A DNA stretch of 49,747 bases from Callorhinchus milii (taxonomy: Eukaryota), in the NCBI RefSeq assembly GCF_018977255.1, contig NW_024705387.1, positions 1-49,747 on the forward strand, written 5' to 3'. Under the pieces are notes generated by a model. That model worked only from the letters and a program-made list of their open reading frames with translations. It was not told the DNA's origin and made no database searches. Both the position numbers and the translations under genes were made by a program. Positions 24,301-35,864 of this stretch are shown here, piece after piece. Numbering within the stretch: position 1 is the first letter of the stretch; every line of letters begins with the position of its first letter.

Positions 24301-27300
24301 AGAACACACTGTAAAGTGAATTGACTGTATATTTGTGGGCGAACGCGACAGCCAATTATGCACAGCAATGTCCCACAAACAGCCGTGGATTGAAAATGAC
24401 CAATTTATTATTGTTTTTGGTTTTGGAGGGACTATTATTAGGGCTCTGTGTGGAGTAAGGAAACTTGCCCAAAGTTTCGCCCTCTGCCTGGAATTAAACT
24501 CAGGTCTCTCACTTGCAAAGCGAGTGCTCTAACCACTGAGCTACAGGATTCCACACTGACAATGATCCCAGGCCTTAATAGGTTAAGTTCCGAGGCCAGG
24601 CTGCACGAGCTCGGTCTGTATTCCCTTGAGGTGTGCGGGTTGGGGTTGATCTGATTGAGGTGTTGAAGATAATAAAGGGATTGGATCGGGAGCGACAGAG
24701 ACACTATTCCCTCTGGTGGGGAATCCAGAACAAGGGGCGTCATCTGCACATGAGGGCCAGGCCGTTTAGGGGGGAAATCAGGGCCAGGTTTTCACCCCCA
24801 GGGTCATGGGCATCGGGGACTCTCTCCCCCAAAAGCCTGTGGTTGCTGGATCCATTCAAACTTTTAAGGCTGAGGTGGATAAATATTTGTTAGGTAAGGT
24901 TATGAATAATAATAATCCTTGGTTTGGTACAGCGCCTTATCACGTCTTCGAGACGTCTCAAAGCGCTTCACAGGATATACTGTAAAGTGAAGTGACTGTA
25001 TGTTTTGTGGGTGAAACACGGCAGCCAATTGCGCACAGCAGCGTCCAACAAACAGCCGTGGATTGAGTGACCAATTTATTATTGTTGTTTTTGAAGGCAA
25101 TTATTGCCCCCGGAAAAGCGATTCACCAATCGATTAGCAAGCGAGTTCCTACCTACCGCTGGTAAACTGAGGCGCGTGTCTGTGCGGAGGAAGGAAACTT
25201 GGCCAACATTTCGCCCTGATCTGCCCGGGAATCAAACCCAGTTCCTCGGGCTTTCGGAGCGAGTGGTCTAACCACTGAGATATTAGGTGTAACTCTCTTT
25301 GTGCCTGTCTTACAGACGACCATCATCGCTGTGGAGTTCAATGGAGGGGTGATTGTTGCTTCAGACTCACGTGTGTCTGTGGGGGGGTAAGTGACCTCCC
25401 TCCCCCCCTCCTCTTTCTCCTCTCCACTTCCTCCTCGGCTCCCCTCCTCCCCTCCCCCTCCCGCTCCTCCTCCTCCTCCTGCCCCTCCTCCCCGTCTTCC
25501 TCCTTCCCCTCGCCCCCTCCTCCCCCTCCTCTTACTTCTCCCCACCTCCCGCTCTCTCCCCTCCTCCTCCCCTCCTCCTCCTCCAGCAACTCTTACCGCT
25601 CTTCCTCCACTCCCCCTCCTCCTTCCCCTCCTCCCCCTCCGCTTACTTCTTCCCACCTTCCCCTCCCACCCCTCCTCCTCCTCTCCCCCCCCTCTCCTGT
25701 GACCTCTGACTCCCTCCTGTGTGTACATTACAGGACGTACGTCTGCTCGCGGATCATTAACAAGGTGGTGCAGGTGGACGAGCGTGTGTTTTGCTGTATG
25801 GCCGGGTCTCTCGCTGATGCTCAGGCCGTCACCAACGCTGCCAAATACCAGCTGGCCTTCCACAGGTCAGAACCCCCGCCAACAGGCGTCACTCACAGTC
25901 TGACTGACAGGCGTCACTCACAGTCCGACTGACAGGCGTCACTCACAGTCTGACTCACAGGTGTCACAGTCTGACTGACAGGCGTCACTCACAGTCCGAT
26001 TGACAGGCGTCACTCACAGTCCGACTGACAGGTGTCACTCACAATCCGACTGACAGGCATCACTCATGGTCCGACTGACAGGCATCACTCACAGTCTGAC
26101 TCACAGGTGTCACTCACAGTCTGACTGGCAGGCGTCACAGTCTCACTGACAGACGTCACTCACAGTCTAACTGACAGGCATCACTCACAGTCTGACTGGC
26201 AGGCGTCACTCACAGTCCGATTGACAGGCGTCACTCACAGTCCGACTGACAGGTGTCACTCACAATCCGACTGATAGGCATCACTCACAGTCTGACTGAC
26301 AGGCATCACTCACAGTCCGACTGACAGGCATCACTCACAGTCTGACTGACAGGTGTCACTCACAATCCGACTGATAGGCATCACTCACGGTCCGACTGAC
26401 AGGCATCACTCACAGTCTGACTGACAGGTATCACTCACAGTCTGACTGACAGGAGTCACAGTCTCACTGACAGGCATCACCCACAGTGTGACTGACAGGC
26501 ATCACTCACAGTATTGTGGTGTTTGCAGTGGAGATGGGGAGGTTGCACACGGATTGTGCACTCACTATTAGTGTGTGGTGTTTGCAGTGTGGAGATGGGG
26601 AGATTGCACACTGATTGTGTACTCACTGTTAGTGTGTGGTGTTTGCAGTGTGGAGATGGGGGAGCCGCCCCTCGTACTCTCGCTGCGACGATCCTGAAGG
26701 AAATCTGCTATAAAAATCGGGACGACATGTCGGCCGGATTCATCGTGGCCGGGTGGGACCGGAAGAAAGGAGCCCAGGTACAGGCAGACCCACTGCCCTC
26801 CCACAGGGCTATAGTCACACTATTACACTGAGACCTACTGACAGGGGATACAGTCAGACACTATTACACTGACATGACACTGTCTCCCTCAGAGGTAAAC
26901 ACTGTGTTTCCATGACGTTTACACAGTGTCTGTCACTGATCACACTGTGTGTCTCTCAGGTTTACACAGTGTCTGTCACTGATCGCACTGTGTGTGTCTC
27001 TCGGGTTTACACAGTGTCTGTCACTGATCACACTGTGTGTCTCTCAGGTTTACACAGTGTCTGTCACTGATCACACTGTGTGTCTCTCAGGTTTATACAG
27101 TGTCTGTCACTGATCACACTGTGTGTCTCTCAGGTTTACACAGTGTCTGTCACTGATCACAATGTGTGTCTCTCAGGTTTACACAGTGTCTGTCACTGAT
27201 CACAATGTGTCTCTCTCTGGTTTACAGTGTCTGTCACTGATCACACTGTGTGTCTCTCTCAGGTTGACACAGTGTCTGTCACTGATCACCATGTGTGTCA

Positions 27301-30300
27301 CTCAGGTTTACACAGTGTCTGTCACTGATCACACTGTGTCTCTCAGGTTTATACAGTGTCTGTCACTGATCACAATGTGTGTCTCTCAGGTTTATACAGT
27401 GTCTGTCACTGATCACAATGTGTGTCTCTCAGGTTTATACAGTGTCTGTCACTGATCACACTGTGTGTCTCTCAGGTTTATACAGTGTCTGTCACTGATC
27501 ACAATGTGTGTCTCTCAGGTTTATACAGTGTCTATCACTGATCACAATGTGTGTCTCTCAGGTTTATACAGTGTCTGTCACTGATCACACTGTGTGTGTC
27601 TCTCAGGTTTACACAGTGTCTGCCACTGATCACAATGTGTGTCTCTCAGGTTTATACAGTGTCTGTCACTGATCACACTGTGTGTCTCTCTCAGGTTTAT
27701 ACAGTGTCTGTCACTGATCGCTCTGTGTCGCTCTCAGGTTTATACAGTGTCTGTCACTGATCACACTGTGTCTCTCAGTTTTATACAGTGTCTGTCACTG
27801 ATCGCTCTGTGTCGCTCTCAGGTTTATACAGTGTCTGTCACTGATCGCTCTGTGTCGCTCTCAGGTTTATACAGTGGCTGTCACTGATCACACTGTGCGT
27901 CGCTCTCAGGTTTATACAGTGTCTGTCACTGATCACACTGTGTGTCTCTCTGGTTTACACAGTGTCTGTCACTGATCACACTGTGTGTCTCTCAGGTTTA
28001 CACAGTGTCTGTCACTGATCACACAGTGTGTCTCTCTCAGGTTTACACAGTATCTGTCACTGATCACACTGTGTGTCTCTCAGGTTTACACAGTGTCTGT
28101 CACTGATCACAATGTGTGTCTCTCAGGTTTACACAGTGTCTGTCACTGATCACAATGTGTCTCTCTCAGGTTTACACAGTGTCTGTCACTGATCACAATG
28201 TGTGTCTCTCAGGTTTACACAGTGTCTGTCACTGATCACAATGTGTCTCTCTCTGGTTTACAGTGTCTGTCACTGATCACACTGTGTGTCTCTCTCAGGT
28301 TGACACAGTGTCTGTCACTGATCGCCATGTGTGTCTCTCAGGTTTACACAGTGTCTGTCACTGATCACACTGTGTCTCTCTCTGGTTTACACAGTGTCTG
28401 TCACTGATCACACTGTGTCTCTCAGGTTTACACAGTGTCTGTCACTGATCACACTGTGTGTCTCTCAGGTTTACACAGTGTCTGTCACTGATCACACTGT
28501 GTGTCTCTCAGGTTTACACAGTGTCTGTCACTGATCACACTGTGTGTCTCTCAGGTTTACACAGTGTCTGTCACTGATCACACTGTGTCTCTCAGGTTTA
28601 TACAGTGTCTGTCACTGATCACAATGTGTGTCTCTCAGGTTTATACAGTGTCTGTCACTGATCACAATGTGTGTCTCTCAGGTTTATGCAGTGTCTGTCA
28701 CTGATCACACTGTGTGTCTCTCTCAGGTTTATACAGTGTCTGTCACTGATCACACTGTGTCTCTCTCAGGTTTATACAGTGTCTGTCACTGATCGCTCGG
28801 TGTCGCTCTCAGGTTTATACAGTGTCTGTCACTGATCACACTGTGTGTCTCTCTCAGGTTTATACAGTGTCTGTCACTGATCGCTCTGTGTCGCTCTCAG
28901 GTTTATACAGTGTCTGTCACTGATCACACTGTGTGTCTCTCTCAGGTTTATACAGTGTCTGTCACTGATCGCTCTGTGTCGCTCTCAGGTTTATACAGTG
29001 TCTGTCACTGATCACACTGTGCGTCGCTCTCAGGTTTATACAGTGTCTGTCACTGATCACACTGTGTGTCTCTCTCAGGTTTACACAGTGTCTGTCACTG
29101 ATCACACAGTGTGTCTCTCTCAGGTTTACACAGTATCTGTCACTGATCTCACTGTGTGTCTCTCTCAGGTTTACACAGTATCTGTCACTGATCACAATGT
29201 GTGTCTCTCGGGTTTATACAGTGTCTATCACTTATCACACTGTGTCTCTCAGGTTTACACAGTGTCTGTCACTGATTACACTGTGTGTCTCTCTCAGGTT
29301 TACACAGTGTCTGTCACTGATCACACTGTGTCTCTCTCGGGTTTATACAGTGTCTATCACTTATCACACTGTGTCTCTCAGGTTTACACAGTGTCTGTCA
29401 CTGATCACAATGTGTGTCTCTCAGGTTTATACAGTGTCTATCACTGATCACACTGTGTCTCTCAGGTTTACACAGTGTCTGTCACTGATCACACTGTGTC
29501 TCTCAGGTTTACACAGTGTCTGTCACTGATCACAATGTGTGTCTCTCGGGTTTATACAGTGTCTATCACTTATCACACTGTGTCTCTCAGGTTTACACAG
29601 TGTCTGTCACTGATCACACTGTGTCTCTCAGGTTTACACAGTGTCTGTCACTGATCACACTGTGTGTCTCCCTCAGGTTTACACAGTCTCTGACACTGAT
29701 CACAATGTGTCTCTCAGGTTTACACAGTGTCTGTCACTGATCACACTGTGTGTCTCTCAGGTTTACACAGTATCTATCACTGATCACACTGTGTGTTGCT
29801 CAGGTTTACACAGTGTCTGTCACTGATCACAATGTGTGTCTCTCAGGTTACACAGTGACTGTCACTGATCTCACTGTGTGTCTCTCTTAGGTTTACACGG
29901 TGTCTCTGGGGGGGATGATCACGAAACAGCCCTTCACTGTGGGCGGGTCGGGCAGTACCTATATTTATGGTTACGTGGACTCGGCTTTCAAGATTGGGAT
30001 GACTCAAGAGGAATGTTTACATTTTACCGTCAACGGTGAGTGAGCTTCGCATACTCGTCAATCCACTGGGAACTTTGTACACTCAGTAATTCACTGGGAG
30101 TCTTGCACACTCAGTAATTCAGTGTAAGCTTTGCACACTCAGTAATCTACTGGCAGCCTTGCACACTCAGCAATCCACTGGGATCTTTGTACACCCAGTA
30201 ATCCACTGGGAGCCTTGCACATTCAGTAATCCACTGTCACTGAGCCTTGCATTTGGACGTGGTATAAAGAGCAAAAAATTTAAAATTTGCAGATGACACA

Positions 30301-31411
30301 AAACTTGGGAAGGTAGTCAACATTGAGGAGGGTGGTAGCAGACTGCAGGAGGACAGAGACAGACTGGTGAAATGGGCAGACACATGGCAGATAAAGTTTA
30401 ATGAAGAGAAGTTTGAGGTGATCTTTGGAGTAAGATGCAATATATAATAAATGGTACTGTCTTAAAGGCGTTTCGGGAGCAAAGAGACCTGGGGGATCAC
30501 ATACACAAATATTTGAAGGTGACAGGACAGGTTGACGCAACTGTTAAAAAAAGCATATGAGAGCCTTGGCTTCATAAATAGAGGCACAAAGTACAAAAAC
30601 GAGGAAGTTTTGCTGAAAATTAGTCATAAGTCACTGTTTAGGTCTCAGCTGGAATATTGTGTCCATTTCTGGGCTGCACACTCTAGGAAGGATATCAAGG
30701 CCTTGGAGGTGTTGCAACCACCAAGGAGATTTACCGGAATGGTACCAGGGATGAGGGACTACAATTATGTGGAGAGACAAGAGAAGCTGGGATTGATCTC
30801 CTTAGAGCAGAGAAGGTTAATGGGAGATTTAATAGAGGTGTCCAAAATTATGAGGGAACCAGAGGAGAGATGAGGAGAAATATTTTTACGCAGAGTGTTC
30901 AAAAGGGAATTAGATAGGTATTTGAAAAGGAAATCTTTCCAAGGACTTAAGGAAAGATTGAGGAAGTGGGACTGATTGGGTAGCTCTTCCAAAGAGCCGG
31001 CACAGGCACAGTGGGCCGAATGGCCTCCTTCTGTGCTGTAATCTTCTATGATTCTATGCACACTCCATCATCCACTGTGAGCCTCACACTCAGCAATCCA
31101 CTTGAGCCTTGCACACTCAGTCATCCACAGTAAGTGAGCCTCGCACACTCAATATTCCAGACTATCAGTGCAGTTGTTTTAACGGTGAATTCATGACACA
31201 GTTTAGTGATGAGCAAAGAATCTCTGGCATGTTTATGTTTCACGTGTCCCCGAGCACTGATACTCTTGTGTGTGTGTTTCCAGCCCTGGCTCTGGCCATG
31301 GAGCGAGATAACGTGAGCGGAGGTTTGGTGAACCTGGTGATCGTGACAGAGCGCGGAGTGGAACGCAGCATCATCCCCGGCAACAAACTGCCCCAGTTCT
31401 TCTCTGAGTGA
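21315..31411 (+). CDS. PSMB12: Proteasome beta1-family subunit, PSMB12 (PSMB9-like) type, copy 1; exons 21315-21368, 25316-25386, 25734-25865, 26649-26777, 29891-30035, 31284-31411; 1-bp deletion in exon 4 as assembled
   Basis: Spliced product, with exon 4 corrected from copy 2: [219 protein letters not shown] (219 aa). [26 protein letters not shown] and RDNVSGG are recalled PSMB12 motifs (PSMB9/PSMB6 have GSAAD and RDGSSGG). Confidence 0.85.
21372..22452 (+). repeat. G-rich (ggggtcccgggg)n followed by a polypyrimidine (ctcccctcacact)n tract in PSMB12 intron 1
   Basis: Direct inspection. Confidence 0.85.
22560..24900 (+). mobile_element. Degenerate CR1 LINE in PSMB12 intron 1
   Basis: [21 protein letters not shown] and KFADDTKL remnants with many frameshifts. 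Confidence 0.85.
24222..24555 (-). mobile_element. Same SINE family, nested in a CR1 LINE
   Basis: Near-identical to 4883-5207; CR1 sequence resumes after it; ACAAT occurs at both junctions. Confidence 0.85.
24903..25280 (-). mobile_element. Related SINE subfamily
   Basis: Same core and tail layout (cagccaattgcgcacagca, aagcgcttcaca) with a divergent tRNA-like head. Confidence 0.75.
25316..25386 (+). CDS. PSMB12: PSMB12 copy 1 exon 2
   Basis: ttacag|ACGACC...GTGGGGGG|gtaagt; 71 bp; encodes [23 protein letters not shown]. Confidence 0.92.
25734..25865 (+). CDS. PSMB12: PSMB12 copy 1 exon 3
   Basis: ttacag|GACGTAC...CACAG|gtcaga; 132 bp. Confidence 0.92.
25880..26510 (+). repeat. 25 bp minisatellite in PSMB12 intron 3 (second copy at 37328-37856)
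   Basis: Unit tcactcacagtctgactgacaggcg. Confidence 0.9.
26649..26777 (+). CDS. PSMB12: PSMB12 copy 1 exon 4 (129 bp, frameshifted)
   Basis: ttgcag|TGTGGAG...GCCCAG|gtacag; reads CTCTCGCTGCG where copy 2 reads CTCTCGGCTGCG. Confidence 0.88.
26917..29890 (+). repeat. 41-45 bp minisatellite (about 70 units) filling PSMB12 intron 4
   Basis: Unit gtttacacagtgtctgtcactgatcacactgtgtgtctctcag. Confidence 0.97.
29891..30035 (+). CDS. PSMB12: PSMB12 exon 5
   Basis: ctcttag|GTTTACACGG...AACG|gtgagt; encodes [30 protein letters not shown]. Confidence 0.93.
30247..31058 (+). mobile_element. CR1 LINE 3' fragment in PSMB12 intron 5
   Basis: [17 protein letters not shown] and [13 protein letters not shown]; tail gggccgaatggcctccttctgtgctg...ctatgattctatg. 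Confidence 0.88.
31284..31411 (+). CDS. PSMB12: PSMB12 exon 6 (last coding exon)
   Basis: ttccag|CCCTGG...GAGTGA; encodes [13 protein letters not shown]...KLPQFFSE*. Confidence 0.93.
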
Positions 31412-31665
31412 CCTGTCAGCCTGTGTGCACAATCACCACAGTGATCTGTCAGTGTGCACACTCACCACAGTGACCTGTCAGCCAGTGTGTACACTCACCA
31501 CAGTGACCTGTCAGTTTTCACACTCACCACAGTGACCTGTCAGCCAGTGTGTACACTCACCACAGTGACCTGTCAGTTTTCACACTCACCACAGTGACCT
31601 GTCAGCCAGTGTACACACTCACCACAGTGACCTGTCAGCCAGTGTGCACACTCACCACAGTGACT
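31408..31665 (+). repeat. About 30 bp minisatellite in the PSMB12 3'UTR, starting at the stop codon
   Basis: Unit gtgacctgtcagccagtgtgcacactcaccaca; the first unit overlaps GAG TGA. Confidence 0.85.
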
Positions 31666-31723
31666 ATCAGCGTGCACATTCACTACATTAATCTCTGTCT
31701 GCATTTTCACTGTCGTGACCTGC

Positions 31724-31729
31724 AATAAA
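31724..31729 (+). terminator. PSMB12 polyadenylation signal (AATAAA)
   Basis: AATAAA about 310 bp after the stop, followed by T/GT-rich sequence. Confidence 0.7.
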
Positions 31730-31771
31730 CATCATGTGAATTAATAGTTGTTTCATAATCACTCCTGCACT

Positions 31772-33400
31772 GGTGGATGGGTGGATGGTTTGTGGTTCAT
31801 GGGTGGTTGTTGGGTGGGTGGGTGGTTGGTGGGTGGAGGATGATTCGTGGTTGTTGGGTAGGTGCTTGGTGGGTGGTGGTTGGTGGGTGGTTGGTTGATG
31901 GGTAGTTGGTAGTTGTTGGTTGGTGGTTAGTGTTTGGTTGGTGGGTGGTTGGTTGGTTGGTAGGTGGGTAATTAGTGGTGGTGGGTGGTTGGTCGTTGGT
32001 GAGTGGATGATGGGTGGTTGGTTGCTGGTTCAGTGGTTGGTGGTTGATTAGTGGATGGTGGGTGGTTCGTGGGTGGTTGTTGGGTGGGTGGTTGGGTGGT
32101 TGGTAGGTGGTTAGTTGATGGTTGGTTGGTAGGTGTTGGGTGTTTGGTGGGTGATTGGTGGTTGGTGGGTGGTCCATAATTGTTGTTTTGTGGGTGGTCG
32201 GTGGGTGGTTGGTGGCTGGTTCGGTGGTTGGTCATTGATTAGTGGATGGTGGGTGGTTAGTGGGTGATTGGTTGATGTATGATGTATGGGTGGTGGGTGG
32301 TTGGTTACTGGTTGACATTTGGTAGTTGGTTGGTGGTTGGTTGGTGTGTGGTGGATGGTTGGGCCGTGGTTATTGTTTGGTTGGTGGTCGGTGGGTAGTT
32401 GGTCGTTGGTGGGTGGATGGTGGTTGGTTCAGTGGTTGGTTGGTGATTGATTGGTTGATGTATGATGTATGGGTGGTGGGTGGTTGGTTACTGGTTGACA
32501 TTTGGTAGTTGGTTGGTGTGTGGTGGATGGTTGGGCCGTGGTTATTGTTTGGTTGGTGGTCGGTGGGTAGTTGGTCGTTGGTGGGTGGATGGTGGTTGGT
32601 TCAGTGGTTGGTGGTTGGTTGGTGATTGATTGGTTGGTGTATGATGTATGGGTGGTGGGTGGTTGCTGGTTGGTGGGTGGTTGGTGGTTGACAATCGGTG
32701 GTTGATGGGTGGTTGGTTGGTGGTTTATTGGTGTTTGGTTGGTGGGTGATTGGTAGGTGATGGTGGGTCGATGAGTTGGTGGTTGATGGGTGGTTGGTGG
32801 GTGATTGGTAGGTGATGGGTGGGTGGTTGGTGGGTGGTTGGTAGGTGATGGTGGGTCGATGAGTTGGTGGTTGATGGGTGGTTGGTGGGTGGTGGTTGGT
32901 GGGGGTCGTTAGGGCTTGGTTGGTGGTTGGTTGGTGGGAGGGTGATGGGGGGTTGCTGGGTGGTTGGTCCATGGTTGTTGTTTGGTGGGTGGTGGATGAT
33001 TGGTCATTGGTGGGTGGTTCGTGGTTGATTGGTGGATGGTTGGTGGGTGATTGGTTATTGGTTAGTATGTGGTTAGTGATTGGTTGGTGGTTAGTGTTGG
33101 GTGGGCGGGTGGTTGATGGGTGGTTGGTTGATAGTTGGTGGTTGATGGATGGGTGATGGGTGGTTGTTAGTTGGTGGGTGGTTGGTGGGTGGTTGATTGT
33201 TGGTGGGTGGAGGGTGGTTAGTGGTTGTTGAAGGTTGGTGGTGGGTGGGTAGTTGGTGGATGGTGGGTGGTGGATGGTTGGTTTGTGGGTGGTTGGTGGA
33301 TGATGGGTGGTTGGTGTTTGGTAGTGGGTGGATTTTTGGTGGGTGGTTAGTGTCTGGTGATTGGTGAGTGGTTGGTTGGTGGGTGGTGGCAGGTGGGTGG
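31772..33400 (+). repeat. 1.6 kb GT-rich low-complexity tract (ggtt/ggt)n
   Basis: Almost C-free on +, with internal duplicated blocks. Confidence 0.9.
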
Positions 33401-35097
33401 TGTCTCGCCTGTGATTGGGGTTGTGTTGTCCGAGCTGTACAATAAAGTGGGGTTCCCCAAACCTCAGCTCTCACTGACCTGGGCCTCATCCTCTATGTCA
33501 TTATGTCTCTCCAATGGGAGGCAGCGCTTTCCATTTCAGTCACAGGGAGATGTATATTAATAATAAACCTTAATCTTCATATAGTGCCTTTCAGTTTAGG
33601 AGTACGTCTCAAACCACTTCACAGGATTAAGGTTATCACTAATGTGGGACTCTCTGTGGTTTGGAGATTCTTAAGCTCAGTGACCGGTTTCCATACGTGT
33701 CAGTTACCCTAATTCCTTAAATCAGCCGGGTACGTGCGGAAACCCATCACCGCGCCTCAGAGAATCCAAACCAAACTGAGAATTCCGTGCTTCCCACTGA
33801 CATATGGAAATTCCAGACATGTTGTTGGAATGGAAAGTGTCCTTTCTTCCTGGAGGGATGCATCGTGTTTATCTGATTCTGGAGGGTATGAGTTGCTACT
33901 GAGAGCCAAGGCTGAGGCAGCCAGAGTGGGTGTTAGAGTAACTGCTGGAGTCCAACCAGCTAAAGCCACCGAGCTCGCCATTGAGAGCACTGCCTGGAAA
34001 ACCTTTCCCACCACGTGTCCCACTCGGACCATTAGGGCTTTGGTTGTGGGGTTAACAGGAGCTGAGGGGGAGGATTCCCTGTCCCAATGACCTGTCCCAG
34101 GCCGGGCCGGGCTGACATCAGCAGTGAGTGCCCTGGGACACTGCGGCCCCTCCTGGCTCAGGAACCGGGACTCGAGACCAGCACAGAGGGTGGGATCAAT
34201 GCTGACATTCTGTGGCCAAACATGTCACCTTGGAGCCAGTTCAACTCAGAGGAGACCCTCCTTACAGGAGACCCCATGCACCCCACACACCCCTCGCCCC
34301 ACACCCGCTCCCCCCCCCCCGATTTTCTGGGCCAATAGAAAAATGTGGCCTCACTTTTTCTGTGAAATCGGCTAAAACTCCCTCATCCGTAGCAAACCTG
34401 TACATACACAGTGCACTCGCCCCGGGTCTCTGTTTGCTCTACGCTGTGACTGTGGGTGGAGCGGATCTGCCCGGAATCAAACCCAGTTCCTCGGCTTTCG
34501 GAGCGAGTGGTCCAACCACTGAGATATTAGGTGTAACTCTCTTTGTGCCTGTCTTACAGACGACCATCATCGCTGTGGAGTTCAATGGAGGGGTGATTGT
34601 TGCTTCAGACTCACGTGTGTCTGTGGGGGGTAAGTGACCTCCCCCCCCTCCTCTTTCTCCTCTCCACTTCCTCTTCGGCTCCCCTCCTCCCCTCCCCCTC
34701 CCGCTCCTCCTCCCCCCTGCCCCTCCTCCCCCTCTTCCTCCTTCCCCTTGCCCCCTCCTCCCCCTCCTCTTACTTCTCCCCCTCCCCTCTCGCCCCTCCT
34801 CCTCCCCTCCTCCTCCTCCAGCAACTCTTACCGCTCTTCCTCCATTCCCCCTCCTCCTTCCCCTCCTCCCCCTCCTCTTACTTCTTCCCACCTTCCCCTC
34901 CCACCCCTCCTCCTCCTCTCCCCCCCCTCCTGTGACCTCTGACTCCCTCCTGTGTGTACATTACAGGACGTACGTCTGCTCGCGGATCATTAACAAGGTG
35001 GTGCAGGTGGACGAGCGTGTGTTTTGCTGTATGGCCGGGTCTCTCGCTGATGCTCAGGCCGTCACCAACGCTGCCAAATACCAGCTGGCCTTCCACA

Positions 35098-35122
35098 NNN
35101 NNNNNNNNNNNNNNNNNNNNNN
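35098..35122. other. Assembly gap (25 N)
   Basis: Run of N replacing the last base of exon 3 in PSMB12 copy 2. Confidence 1.
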
Positions 35123-35289
35123 GCTCTGATCGCACAGTGCAGTGCGGGGGAGTGTTGGGAGGTGTGGAGATCGCTGTATAAATGCAGGTTGTTGCTGTTG
35201 TTGGGATCGCGGCAGCGACGCGAGCGGGAAATCAGCTTCACCTGAAAACCCCCGGAACAAACCCCAGACCACAATCTGAGCCATAAGTC

Positions 35290-35834
35290 TTTATTTCAGT
35301 CAATGAAGCAGTTACAGAATCTGTCAATCAGTCCCCAGCCCCTCCCCCACACAGCCCCCCCAACCCTCCTCCCTCCCTCACAGCCCCCACCCACTCACAT
35401 CCCCCCCCCCACCCGCCGCCCCTCCGACAGACAGTGACAGACTTACTGATTGATCACAAATCAATTATTTTTTCTCAGCAGCAAAATCAGCAAAAAACAG
35501 TATAAATGGTTTACATCATCAGCTCAAAGCACATCCCAGACCCCCCCCCACCCACAGCCCCCACCCCGAGCCCCCAATACTAACCCCCACGAGATTACCC
35601 CACCCCCATGATCTTAACCCTCCACCCAAAAACTACCCCTCCTGCCCCAAAGCCCCCCACCCCCCACCCCCCACCGCAGGCCATACAGCCATTTGAATGA
35701 TTTGATTATAAAATTTGAAGCAAAAGCAAAACAAAGGCCCCGACCCCGACCCCAATAAACAGTCTGAATTAATGGGGAAAATCCTCCGGAGCCAACGTTC
35801 CTCCCGAGGAGCCCGGAGTCCAGAGCGGGAATCC
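35290..35834 (-). other. Candidate non-coding terminal (3'UTR) exon with polyA signal
   Basis: Minus-strand acceptor actgatttccctgtttcag|GGATTC at 35834; AATAAA at 35295-35290 followed by a GT-rich element. Confidence 0.45.
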
Positions 35835-35864
35835 CTGAAACAGGGAAATCAGTGTAAACAGAGG

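Noticed and set aside
26917..29890. RAG recombination signal heptamers CACAGTG/CACTGTG in every unit
   Set aside because: No ACAAAAACC-like nonamer at 12 or 23 bp spacing and no V/D/J segments; at most cryptic sites.
21315..31411. Calling this gene PSMB9 or PSMB6
   Set aside because: It lacks the GSAAD and RDGSSGG motifs of PSMB9/PSMB6 and has PSMB12-type motifs plus an extra residue in exon 2; a tree is still needed.
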